Assembly: GCA_964398775.1 (NCBI GenBank)
Contig: CAYNND010000003.1
Span: 3,879-67,878, forward strand
Length of the DNA stretch: 64,000 bases
Direction of reading: 5' to 3'
Origin: an uncultured Candidatus Saccharibacteria bacterium
GTDB taxonomy: Bacteria > Patescibacteriota > Minisyncoccia > Phycocordibacterales > UBA2100
Below the pieces are notes generated by a model. The model was not told where the DNA came from. It saw nothing but the letters and a program-made list of their open reading frames with translations, and searched no databases. The position numbers and the translations under genes are program-made. Positions within the stretch are counted from its first letter, which is position 1; every line of letters starts with the position of its first letter. Below are positions 1 to 8,035 of the stretch, one piece after another.

Positions 1-664
1 GTGCCGCGCGCTTCATTAAAGCGCCTACTTGCGAAGTTCCGTGCTGCTTTGTAAATGCACGGGCAAAATCTTGAGTGGTGCCACAATACGGAGTAATCGC
101 ACCCGCACCTCCTGGATGCCATGGGATAATCGATGTAATGTCATATATAACACCTTGGTACACGACCCAACAATCTGTTGCACTCGCGTGTTTCTGCACT
201 ACAGATACAGGCAACATCTGTAAGGATGTGGCTGTGGGAAGTAATTGTTGTTTCGTTGCGGGTGTTACGACGGCTGTATTATTACTGCGATGCTCCCGTC
301 CTCTTCGTTCCTCGCGCTCATCACCTTCTTCATCCTCGTCGTCTTCCCATTCATCTCGCTCATCTTCAACTTCCCATTCATCTTCATCATCATCTTCATT
401 ATTTCGTGAGCGAATATTTTGCAGTTCTGTCGCACTATCATCAAACGCTATATCGTCAACATCGAAAAATCTTGGCTCCCGCTCTATGTCTCTCATAATA
501 TCTTCAATATCATCTGGTCTGTCGGTATGATCATCGAAGCGAACATCACCATCTTCATGGCGAGTATCTTGTACGCGCTGTGATGGTGGGGCTTGTTGTA
601 TTCCAACTAAGGTCGCCGTCGTCCCGAGTAATGCAGCGATTATACTGTATAGGTAGTCAAACAT
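1..664 (-). CDS. Cytochrome b5-like heme-binding domain protein with N-terminal TM anchor and acidic disordered linker (partial; C-terminus runs off window start)
   Basis: Manual translation of the minus strand from ATG at 664 is open to position 1. N-terminal hydrophobic stretch MFDYLYSIIAALLGTTATLVGI, then an E/D-rich low-complexity region. The C-terminal region carries the cytochrome b5 signature DCWVVYQGVIYDITSIIPWHPGG. This ORF is absent from the track because it has no stop inside the window. Confidence 0.6.
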   Translation of the reverse strand, partial: MFDYLYSIIAALLGTTATLVGIQQAPPSQRVQDTRHEDGDVRFDDHTDRPDDIEDIMRDIEREPRFFDVDDIAFDDSATELQNIRSRNNEDDDEDEWEVEDERDEWEDDEDEEGDEREERRGREHRSNNTAVVTPATKQQLLPTATSLQMLPVSVVQKHASATDCWVVYQGVIYDITSIIPWHPGGAGAITPYCGTTQDFARAFTKQHGTSQVGALMKRAA

Positions 665-781
665 GAGTTGGTGTTTTATCGTCAATATGATGTGATGGTA
701 TCACGTTTCTGTAATGACGTTCTGAAGCAGGTATTCTTACTAGATTGACAAAACACCACTTTCCCCTGAATATACGGCCTT

Positions 782-869
782 GGAGGAGTCGCATAGTGGT
801 TTAGTGCACCTGTCTTGAAAACAGGAGACTCGCAAGGGTCCGCGAGTTCGAATCTCGCCTCCTCCGCCA
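782..869 (+). tRNA. tRNA-Ser (anticodon TGA), 3' CCA encoded
   Basis: Cloverleaf by eye. Acceptor stem GGAGGAG/CTCCTCC. Anticodon stem CCTGT/ACAGG with loop CTTGAAA, giving anticodon UGA. Long variable arm. T-arm GAGTTCGAATCTC. Discriminator G followed by CCA. Confidence 0.85.
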
Positions 870-877
870 GTACAAAA

Positions 878-902
878 TACCGCCGCAAGGCGGATATTTT
901 TT
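878..902 (+). terminator. Rho-independent terminator downstream of tRNA-Ser
   Basis: Hairpin CCGCC-GCAA-GGCGG followed by ATATTTTTT. Confidence 0.45.
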
Positions 903-1002
903 GACTGAAAAGAGCACGACACCTGCGTGTCGTGTGTGCGAGATTCAAACGGCGAAAGGCTGCGAAGTAGACTGTAATCAGCCGAGCACTTCGCACCCAA
1001 TA

Positions 1003-1557
1003 CTACACTCGAACATTATTACGCTCATGAATTATTTGCCGTAACTCTCCTTCATATGAGCGCAACAAATCCATTCTCCGGCGAAACACAACGCTGTATT
1101 CTGGTTCAAAGAGTTGCAATGCGACTCCGACATATGCTGCTCCTGCAGCCATGGTACCCCCAAGGAGCATGAGCGCTCCAGGTGTATTTTTCTCCACAAA
1201 GAAAAGAGCGGCCGCACCAAGATAGCTTGCGGCAGTTACCCCTAGCCATTTTTTTATAAAGGCTTCTTTGTGCTCTGCACGTGTGACCTCTCCTACTTCT
1301 GGGTGCTGTCTTGCCTCATCTTCCCATGCGAGATAGTCGGCCGCAGAATTATTCATCGCTTTCAAAAATGAGTCGAGCGCTTCTTGATATTGTTCAATTT
1401 CACTAAGAGACATCGCGTCAATATGCTTCATGCGTTCGGCGTACATGCGGTCAAATTCTTTTTCAGCCGAAAGGAGTGTGTCACGTATATCAATACTGAC
1501 AAAAGGTAGTCCCTGTTCTGCGCTTGCAGCTTTATAGTGCTCGATGCCGTTTGTCAT
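1003..1557 (-). CDS. Hypothetical membrane protein (soluble N-terminal half, C-terminal hydrophobic helices)
   Basis: 184-aa ORF. C-terminal segments LGAAALFFV and LLGGTMAAGAAYVGVAL are hydrophobic. Last gene of the co-directional aromatic operon. No recognisable family. Confidence 0.45.
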   Translation of the reverse strand: MTNGIEHYKAASAEQGLPFVSIDIRDTLLSAEKEFDRMYAERMKHIDAMSLSEIEQYQEALDSFLKAMNNSAADYLAWEDEARQHPEVGEVTRAEHKEAFIKKWLGVTAASYLGAAALFFVEKNTPGALMLLGGTMAAGAAYVGVALQLFEPEYSVVFRRRMDLLRSYEGELRQIIHERNNVRV

Positions 1558-1562
1558 ATATT

Positions 1563-2702
1563 TTAAAAATAAGAATTAATCGCGTCAATGTTCACACATA
1601 TACTCACGCGCACATATCGCTCACCCCCAGAACCAAATGCAGAACCTGGGGTTATAAGTATCTGTCGCTCTTCAAGGAGCTTCATGCAAAAGTCTTCTGA
1701 AGAAACAGCGCTTTCAGGTATTTTTGCCCAAATGTAGAGTCCTGCGCGAGGAAGGTCGAAGGTGAGTCCGAGTGTTTTCAGTTTTTCAGCAATGATGTCA
1801 CGACGTCGTGTGTACTCGCGTATCATTGACTGCTGCCATGCCATGTCTGTTTCTGTAAGCGCGGCAACGGCGAGCGCCTGTAGTGGCAAGGACATCCCAG
1901 AATCAACCTGAGATTTCACCTGCAGTAACGCCTTGCAAACATCAGCGTTCCCCACCATCCACCCCATACGATACCCAGCAAAGGAATACGTTTTTGAAAA
2001 TGAACCGAACTCAACTGCAACGTCTTTTGCTCCAGGAATTTCTAAAATGCTTGGGGCGACGTATCCATCGAAAGCAATCTCAGCGTATGCATTGTCATAC
2101 ACAAGTACAATATTGTGTTTTTTTGCAAGAGCAACAACAGCAGTCAGCTCCTCGCGAGTTGCAACCTGCCCTGTTGGGTTTGAAGGAAAATTGACGATGA
2201 TAGCCTTTGTGCGTTCTGTAACGAGCGGTTCAATAGCAGCAACATCAAGTCTGCACTCAGCTGTCAGTGGGTAGTACACTGGTTTCATACCATACATGAC
2301 AAGTGGACCAGAGAAGCCAGGATAGCCAGGGTTTGGGATAAGCATCTCATCACCATCATCAAGGAGTGCGAGCGGCAGATGACTTGTTCCATCTTTTGCA
2401 CCAAGTAACGGCACTATTTCAGTACGTTCGAGAGTTACGCCAAAACGTTTTGAATACCACCCAATCAGAGCATCAGCAAAAGCGGGCGTTGCTCCATACC
2501 CTGGATACAGGTGCGCTTTCTCATCCTGGATTGCAGCCGCAAATGCTGCAAGGTATTTTTCGCTCGGTCGTATATCTGGCGAACCAGCACCAAAACCGAG
2601 CACTTTTCTTCCTGTCTTCCGTTCCACTTCTGCTACGCGTTTCGCGAGCCGAGCAAATACATACTCTGAAAATCGATTCAAGCGTTCTGCTGGTTTAGGC
2701 AT
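1563..2702 (-). CDS. Class I/II (fold-type I) PLP aminotransferase, probably aromatic/prephenate or aspartate aminotransferase
   Basis: 379-aa ORF with the aminotransferase class-I signature around the PLP lysine, SFSKTYSFAGYRMGW. Sits immediately downstream of chorismate mutase in the same operon. Confidence 0.8.
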   Translation of the reverse strand: MPKPAERLNRFSEYVFARLAKRVAEVERKTGRKVLGFGAGSPDIRPSEKYLAAFAAAIQDEKAHLYPGYGATPAFADALIGWYSKRFGVTLERTEIVPLLGAKDGTSHLPLALLDDGDEMLIPNPGYPGFSGPLVMYGMKPVYYPLTAECRLDVAAIEPLVTERTKAIIVNFPSNPTGQVATREELTAVVALAKKHNIVLVYDNAYAEIAFDGYVAPSILEIPGAKDVAVEFGSFSKTYSFAGYRMGWMVGNADVCKALLQVKSQVDSGMSLPLQALAVAALTETDMAWQQSMIREYTRRRDIIAEKLKTLGLTFDLPRAGLYIWAKIPESAVSSEDFCMKLLEERQILITPGSAFGSGGERYVRVSICVNIDAINSYF

Positions 2703-2967
2703 GTCGTGTTTCTTCTATGTGTAATGCATACTCATGAATGAGGTGATAGAGCTTTTCGATATACTCAGGAGAAAGCCCGAGTGCGCTCCCAATTGCAGTA
2801 CGTGTCTCAACGATTTTCTTAAAACGACTTGGGTCAAATGATTCAATGTGTTGCGCACGCTTTAATTCACCAATCTCCTCGACAACGCGCATACGCTCCG
2901 CAAGCGCCTCCAAAAGCTTCATATCTGCCTTATCAATTGCCTCACGTAAGTGTTCAAGTGTATGCAT
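2695..2967 (-). CDS. Chorismate mutase, AroQ class (monofunctional)
   Basis: 90-aa ORF. LREAIDKADMKLLEALAERMRVVEEIGELK fits the AroQ helical chorismate-mutase pattern. Overlaps the downstream aminotransferase by 8 nt. Confidence 0.75.
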   Translation of the reverse strand: MHTLEHLREAIDKADMKLLEALAERMRVVEEIGELKRAQHIESFDPSRFKKIVETRTAIGSALGLSPEYIEKLYHLIHEYALHIEETRHA

Positions 2968-2969
2968 AG

Positions 2970-4052
2970 TTACGAAAGTGATTGTTGTCTAAGTAGATGG
3001 TCCATAAGCACGAGCGCAGTCATCGCATCGACGATTGGGACCGCTCGCGGCAATACACAAGGGTCATGTCTCCCTGTGCCTTCAATTGTCACGACACTTC
3101 CATCCTCATGAACAGTTTCTTGTGACTTTCGGATTGTAGAAACTGGCTTAAACGCAGTCCTAAACATGAGCGGTGCCCCTGTTGAAATACCTCCGAGAAC
3201 ACCTCCCGCGTGGTTTGTCGCAAGGTGTACAGTACCATCTGAATGTGTAACAAATAGATCATTATGAGTACTCCCACGCAAAGAGACACCAGCAAACCCA
3301 GAACCAATTTCAAAGCCTTTCACGGCGTTAATTGAGAGCATACCTTTTCCCAAATCTGCATGAAGTTTATCGAACACAGGCTCACCAAGACCCGCAGGAA
3401 CATTGCGGACAACGGTACGTATAACTCCACCAACTGAATCACCAGCATCTCGGACAGACTCTACAAGTTCAATCATCTTTTGTGCCGTAGCACCATCAGG
3501 GCAGCGAATATCATTCACCTCACAGGCGTCTCGACTCACCGCATCAAGGTCGACGGTCGCACTAATGTCCCCAACAGTTTCTACAAAACTAACAATCTCA
3601 ATGTTGTACTTCTCACGAAGATACTTTTGTGCAATTGCACCTGCTGCAACACGCGCAAGCGTCTCGCGCGCTGATGCACGTCCACTTCCCCGCCAATCTC
3701 GAAACCCGTACTTTTGTATGTACGTATAGTCTGCATGTCCTGGTCGAAATGCATGATTCATATGATGATAGTCCTCTGAGCGTGTGTCTGTGTTGTACGC
3801 GCACATCATAAGTGGCGTTCCGGTCGTCTTGCCTTCAAAATATCCAGACAGTATATGTATTTCGTCTGCTTCTTTGCGCGGTGTTGTAATCGCGCTCTGC
3901 CCAGGGCGGCGTCTATCGAGCTCCTTTTGAATTTCCGCTTGAGTAATCGAGATACCAGGAGGGCATCCGTCCACAACAACACCGACAGCACCGCCATGTG
4001 ACTCTCCGAAGGTAGTTATACGAAATAATTGTCCAAATGAGTTTCCTGCCAT
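2970..4052 (-). CDS. aroC: Chorismate synthase
   Basis: 360-aa ORF. N-terminus FGESHGGAVGVVVDGCPPG plus conserved RRPGQS and GRHDPCV segments typical of AroC. Confidence 0.9.
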   Translation of the reverse strand: MAGNSFGQLFRITTFGESHGGAVGVVVDGCPPGISITQAEIQKELDRRRPGQSAITTPRKEADEIHILSGYFEGKTTGTPLMMCAYNTDTRSEDYHHMNHAFRPGHADYTYIQKYGFRDWRGSGRASARETLARVAAGAIAQKYLREKYNIEIVSFVETVGDISATVDLDAVSRDACEVNDIRCPDGATAQKMIELVESVRDAGDSVGGVIRTVVRNVPAGLGEPVFDKLHADLGKGMLSINAVKGFEIGSGFAGVSLRGSTHNDLFVTHSDGTVHLATNHAGGVLGGISTGAPLMFRTAFKPVSTIRKSQETVHEDGSVVTIEGTGRHDPCVLPRAVPIVDAMTALVLMDHLLRQQSLS

Positions 4053-4061
4053 AGGGGTAGA

Positions 4062-5858
4062 TTAGGTGATTTTTGAAAATAATCCAGTATTGAGCACTGC
4101 GTCAACAACCTCTTCGACGCTCATAGTGTGGGTCTCAAAGCGCATATCAGCGAGTGCGGTATAAAATTCACCACGCTCGTCGCGGACACGATCGAGCTCC
4201 TGCTCAAGTGACTGTTCAGTGGTCAGACGAGGGCGATTCGTGTCGTGTCTGATGCGCGCCGCAAGCTGTTCCGTAGGAGCATCGAGGAGCACTACGATGC
4301 CTTTTTGCAAAAGATTTCTATTCTCTTCTTTTAAAACCACGCCGCCGCCAGTTGCGATAATCGACGCATCCTTCGCAACAGCTGAACGCAGCGCATCGTG
4401 TTCGAGTCGCCGAAAATGTTCCCAGCCATGAGCAGAGACAATCTCAGGAATACTCTTGCCTTCATTCCACACTATCAACTCATCTGTTTCAATGAAAGGT
4501 CGGTTTAAGCGCTGTGCGAGCACTTTCCCTATTGTTGACTTACCAGAGCCACGCATCCCAATCAGGAAAATATGCTTCTCAATTGCGTTTGTATGTGTGA
4601 GTCCGATCTGAGTTGCCGCTGTAAAAAATGTTGGGAATGTTTTATCAACAACTTCAGGATGTTCAATTTCAAGTCCGCGCAGAAGTGCTCCAGCTACCGC
4701 AAACGACATCGCCATTCGGTGGTCACCATATGTTGAAATACGTGCTGGTCGAGGATTGCCACCGTATATTGTGAGGGTATCTTGAGTGCTTTCAGTTCGG
4801 ATACCCATCTTCAGCAGCTCTGCTTCAAGTGCTTTTACTCGCTCTGTCTCTTTCACGCGCAGTGACTGAACATTGCGAAGCACTGTCTTCCCGTGGGCAA
4901 ACGCGGCAACGACTGCGAGTGTCTGCGCCTGGTCAGGGAACTCAAGCATATCGATTTCCATGGGGACGATCCCGGCACCCTGTATTGTGACAGAGCGCTC
5001 ACCGAATGTTACTTGTGCGCCCATCGCTGTACAGACATCGAGTATCTTTTTATCAGGCTGCAATGAAGTCTCTGTCAGGTTATGTAACACGAGCTCTGAA
5101 CGTGTCAGTGCAGCAAGCGCAAAAAAATAGCCAGCACTTGAGTAGTCCCCTTCAACCTGATATGCAGTCGCAGTATATGCGCCCTGTGCTGTATATGTTG
5201 CCGCAACGGCATCATATGTGGTAGTGACGCCGAAGTGCTTCATTGTATCTATCGTCATATCAACATATGGCTTTGAAACCAGATTTCCCTCGATGTGGAT
5301 GCCGTATCCACCACAAACAGGTGCTGACATGAGCAGTGCTGAAAGGTACTGACTGCTTGTATCCCCTTTCACACTACATATATTTTTCTTAAGTGTTGTA
5401 GTGCCCTGTATCCGTAGTGGTGGATACCCTTCGATACCAGAGTACGAGATATCTGCACCCAACTCTCTGAGTGCATCGACGAGATCTTTGATGGGGCGCT
5501 TATTAAGACCCGCCTCACCAGTTACATGTTTTACACCTGGAGTAAATGCAAGAAGTGGCAGAATGAACCTAATTGTTGTTCCTGAAAGCCGCGCATTGAG
5601 GGTGTATTCTTTGTCTACGATGTCTGCGTATGAGCCCTGTATGATGATTGCGCCATCTTCAGAGGTGACTTGTATGCCGAGTGCTCGGAGACAGTCTATC
5701 ATCGCCTCAATGTCGTCACTCATGAGAGGCGACTCGACGCGGACAAACCCTTTCGTGAGTGCTGCGAGCAGAAGTGCACGATTCGTATAGCTCTTTGAGC
5801 CGGGAATAGTGACTGCACCTTGTATAGTGCCGCCGTGTATTTCAATTGAGTTATTCAT
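4062..5858 (-). CDS. aroA-aroK: Bifunctional 3-phosphoshikimate 1-carboxyvinyltransferase (EPSP synthase) / shikimate kinase fusion
   Basis: 598 aa. N-terminal ~430 aa carry AroA motifs (PGSKSYTNRALLLAAL, RVKETERV, GDHRMAMSFAVAG). C-terminal ~165 aa carry a shikimate kinase P-loop (IFLIGMRGSGKSTIGKVLAQRL), plus GGGVV and a LID region. Confidence 0.85.
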   Translation of the reverse strand: MNNSIEIHGGTIQGAVTIPGSKSYTNRALLLAALTKGFVRVESPLMSDDIEAMIDCLRALGIQVTSEDGAIIIQGSYADIVDKEYTLNARLSGTTIRFILPLLAFTPGVKHVTGEAGLNKRPIKDLVDALRELGADISYSGIEGYPPLRIQGTTTLKKNICSVKGDTSSQYLSALLMSAPVCGGYGIHIEGNLVSKPYVDMTIDTMKHFGVTTTYDAVAATYTAQGAYTATAYQVEGDYSSAGYFFALAALTRSELVLHNLTETSLQPDKKILDVCTAMGAQVTFGERSVTIQGAGIVPMEIDMLEFPDQAQTLAVVAAFAHGKTVLRNVQSLRVKETERVKALEAELLKMGIRTESTQDTLTIYGGNPRPARISTYGDHRMAMSFAVAGALLRGLEIEHPEVVDKTFPTFFTAATQIGLTHTNAIEKHIFLIGMRGSGKSTIGKVLAQRLNRPFIETDELIVWNEGKSIPEIVSAHGWEHFRRLEHDALRSAVAKDASIIATGGGVVLKEENRNLLQKGIVVLLDAPTEQLAARIRHDTNRPRLTTEQSLEQELDRVRDERGEFYTALADMRFETHTMSVEEVVDAVLNTGLFSKIT

Positions 5859-5885
5859 TGTGTATGCAGTGTATCAAAAAGGCTC

Positions 5886-5923
5886 GGGAAACCCAGCAGT
5901 GCGCGTGCACGGCTGGGTTTCCC
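5886..5923. terminator. Perfect 12-bp GC-rich hairpin with flanking T-run (terminator/attenuator) between small gene B and aroA-aroK
   Basis: GGGAAACCCAGC-(14 nt)-GCTGGGTTTCCC. On the minus strand it is followed by GAGCCTTTTT and ends about 25 nt before the aroA-aroK ATG. Confidence 0.55.
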
Positions 5924-5931
5924 AGAGGAAG

Positions 5932-6129
5932 TCATTGTTGCTGTGCAGCAGCGTACTCAGCGCGTACTTCAAGCCAGAACCTGCACGACTCAAGTTCACT
6001 CATTTCCAAGTCTTCAAACATGCCTGGATAGAGCTTCCCTGATTCCCGCGCGAACTTTCGTTCGGCATCTGTGACTGGGTTTGCATTGATTTCCGCGATT
6101 GCGTCCACTTCTACATCGGAAGCAGCCAT
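5932..6129 (-). CDS. Small acidic hypothetical protein (65 aa), paralog B of a tandem pair
   Basis: Internal ATG at 6129 is preceded by a strong SD (GGAGAGGAGAG). Shares the core ...PVTDAERKF...YPGMFEDLE...ELE... with the 6261..6449 product. The longer ORF-track version (to 6495) reads through the structured leader and is unlikely. Confidence 0.5.
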   Translation of the reverse strand: MAASDVEVDAIAEINANPVTDAERKFARESGKLYPGMFEDLEMSELESCRFWLEVRAEYAAAQQQ

Positions 6130-6260
6130 GATTCTCTCCTCTCCGGTCCCTTGGTGGCCGGTGTATATATTTTTTTGAATACATACATCGAACACAAAGA
6201 TAAAATGGGCTGAGCGCTCCGCCGAAGCGAAGCGCCAGCCAAGTCGAAGGAGTCGCTGCG

Positions 6261-6449
6261 TCACTTTGTCGCGTCGGATTGCCAATCCTTGCGTGCCAAA
6301 CGAATCATCTCGTCGAGCTCCCCGGGCTCGAGGTCGGGGAAACGTTCCCCCCGTGCGTGCGCTTCGTCGCGGAATCGCTCCCGCTCCTTGTCGCTCACTG
6401 GGGTATCGTCCACAACGGCAGTGACTGCAGTTTCTGTAGTAGTGGCCAT
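6261..6449 (-). CDS. Small acidic hypothetical protein (62 aa), paralog A of a tandem pair
   Basis: ATG at 6449 preceded by SD GGAGAAGGAGG. Product MATTTETAVTAVVDDTPVSDKERERFRDEAHARGERFPDLEPGELDEMIRLARKDWQSDATK aligns with paralog B. Local GC content is clearly above the window average. Confidence 0.5.
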   Translation of the reverse strand: MATTTETAVTAVVDDTPVSDKERERFRDEAHARGERFPDLEPGELDEMIRLARKDWQSDATK

Positions 6450-6660
6450 AGGCCCTCCTTCTCCGGTCCATGAGCGGCCGGAGTAAAATGACCATATCAT
6501 CTTACTCCGACAACCCACGACCCATACCGCCGGTATGCCCCCAGAGGAGGAAACTGAACTCTCGTGAATACAGTTTCCTACGCTGGACCCTACTCTTTTA
6601 CGCTCATAAGTAAAGTGGCCGTGGGCGTCTCGCACGAGACGCCCTTGGCCAAACCCTCGT
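6450..6660 (-). promoter_or_regulatory. Highly structured GC-rich 5' leader of small gene A (three hairpins plus a 15-bp perfect palindrome)
   Basis: Hairpin GGGCGTCTCG-CAC-CGAGACGCCC (6611-6635). Hairpin AGGAAACTG..CAGTTTCCT (6551-6596). Palindrome CATACCGGCGGTATG (6523-6537). Hairpin CGGAGTAAG..TTACTCCG (6483-6515) lies immediately 5' of the SD. Confidence 0.4.
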
Positions 6661-6904
6661 CAGCCGAAGACGCTTCCATCCGTTGGGCGTGGAATCTTGT
6701 CGATATCCACTGCCCCGTCGGTAAATCGTTCATCTGCTGTTTTGGGCTGCGCACTCACAGCGGGTCTCTCATCCTTGCTGACGCCAGGCTTTGAGACGAA
6801 TGATGCGTTCCCACCATCCATAGTGCGACGTTTTTTCTTGGTCATGAGCGCCCTCGTAGACCTTGAAAGGTTCCCATCTATTACATTCCTGCTGGTCTGT
6901 AACT

Positions 6905-6940
6905 GAAAACCCCCTCCGGACGGAGGGGGTTGGGTTTTAG
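6905..6940. terminator. Bidirectional rho-independent terminator (downstream of rpsT)
   Basis: AAAA-CCCCCTCC-GGAC-GGAGGGGG-TTGGGTTTT. The 8-bp GC stem has a T-run on both strands. Confidence 0.7.
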
Positions 6941-7022
6941 AATTTTTACTCTACAACACAATCCTCTCCGTCTTCGGGGTTGTAAAATAAAAGAAGAAGT
7001 ATGTGTGTCCGCCTGTCATGGT

Positions 7023-7271
7023 CTATTTCTTAGACTTACCTGCAAGGAGCTTCGCAACTTGTGATTTCTTGCGAGCACCAGCATTTGCCTTAATGACACC
7101 GCGTTTAACGGCCTTATCAATAGCTTGGTATGCTTTATTGAGGTTTTCTTGAGTTGGCTGTGCTTTAGCCTCCTTAGTGAGGTCCTTCATTGCCTTGCGG
7201 CGGCGGTCATTAAAGACGCGCTTGCGAGACGAGTTTCGAATAGCTTCTTTTGCTGAACGTGTGATTGGCAT
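7023..7271 (-). CDS. rpsT: 30S ribosomal protein S20
   Basis: Internal start MPITRSAKEAIRNSSRKRVF... (82 aa). Basic, and it matches the S20 pattern (SAKKRxxxSxKRRxxN...AxxAIDKAxxKGxIHxNKAARxKS). The ORF-track N-terminal extension is unlikely. Confidence 0.8.
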   Translation of the reverse strand: MPITRSAKEAIRNSSRKRVFNDRRRKAMKDLTKEAKAQPTQENLNKAYQAIDKAVKRGVIKANAGARKKSQVAKLLAGKSKK

Positions 7272-7465
7272 AAAGAGGGATATTACCAAAGAAATCCAAA
7301 ACTGCAACTATCGCCCACTACTTCTGCCGAGATGGAGGTCAATCATGTCTTTTATAAAAGGTCTGAGCTTCTGCTCAAGGGTACTGTCGGTCTGCTCTGG
7401 TGAACTCATAGCGACTCGTTCCATTACTACATACTACCACAGACCCCTCATGCTACAATGCATAT

Positions 7466-8035
7466 ATGATTGCGCATATTGCAGGCACTGTCACTTCAGT
7501 CTCACTCACACACACCGTTCTTGATGTTCACGGTGTCGGTTATCTCATTGCCGCACCTCAATCAACACTCGCAACGCTCATCGTAGGAAAAAATGCATCA
7601 CTCAAGACATACCTAGTTGTTCGCGAGGATGCACTCGACTTATATGGGTTCGGGGAAGAACGTGAGCGTGATTTTTTCATACTCTTGCAGACTGTTTCAG
7701 GTGTTGGCCCAAAGTCAGCTCTTGGCATTATGGACAAAGGACACTTCGCACGAACACGAAGTGCCATCGCCCAAGGAGATGTCACCTATCTTGTCAAAGT
7801 ACTTGGCATTGGTAATAAAACAGCACAGAAACTCATTGTTGAGCTGCGTGACAAACTTGGTGCAGAAGTACTCGACGCAACTGCTCCAACTGACGCAGAT
7901 GCGCTTGAAGCACTGACTGTCCTCGGGTATTCACTTGATGAAGCACGAGCGGCACTCAACGCAGTTGAATCAAATATAGAAGGCACCGAGTCACGCATAA
8001 AAGCAGCATTGAAAAATTTAAATAGACGAATATGA
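7466..8035 (+). CDS. ruvA: Holliday junction DNA helicase RuvA
   Basis: 189 aa. N-terminus MIAHIAGTVTSVSLTHTVLDVHGVGYLIAAP (OB fold). Tandem HhH region (GVGPKSALGIM, GIGNKTAQKLIVEL) and a C-terminal RuvB-binding domain. Confidence 0.85.
   Translation: MIAHIAGTVTSVSLTHTVLDVHGVGYLIAAPQSTLATLIVGKNASLKTYLVVREDALDLYGFGEERERDFFILLQTVSGVGPKSALGIMDKGHFARTRSAIAQGDVTYLVKVLGIGNKTAQKLIVELRDKLGAEVLDATAPTDADALEALTVLGYSLDEARAALNAVESNIEGTESRIKAALKNLNRRI

Noticed and set aside
75-530. Plus-strand ORFs 75..530 and 178..498 (Ser-rich low-complexity proteins)
   Set aside because: They are antisense to the minus-strand cytochrome b5-like gene. The Ser/His-rich text is the reverse complement of its E/D-rich acidic linker codons.
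5932-6635. Long ORF-track versions 5932..6495 (187 aa) and 6261..6635 (124 aa)
   Set aside because: Their N-terminal extensions translate the hairpin-rich GC leader into Arg/Gly/Cys-rich nonsense. Internal ATGs with strong SDs give the conserved paralogous 65- and 62-aa products.
6660-6845. 61-aa minus-strand ORF (MTKKKRRTMDGG...) between the rpsT terminator and the structured leader
   Set aside because: Low-complexity, no SD and no recognisable family. It could be a real small protein but the evidence is insufficient.
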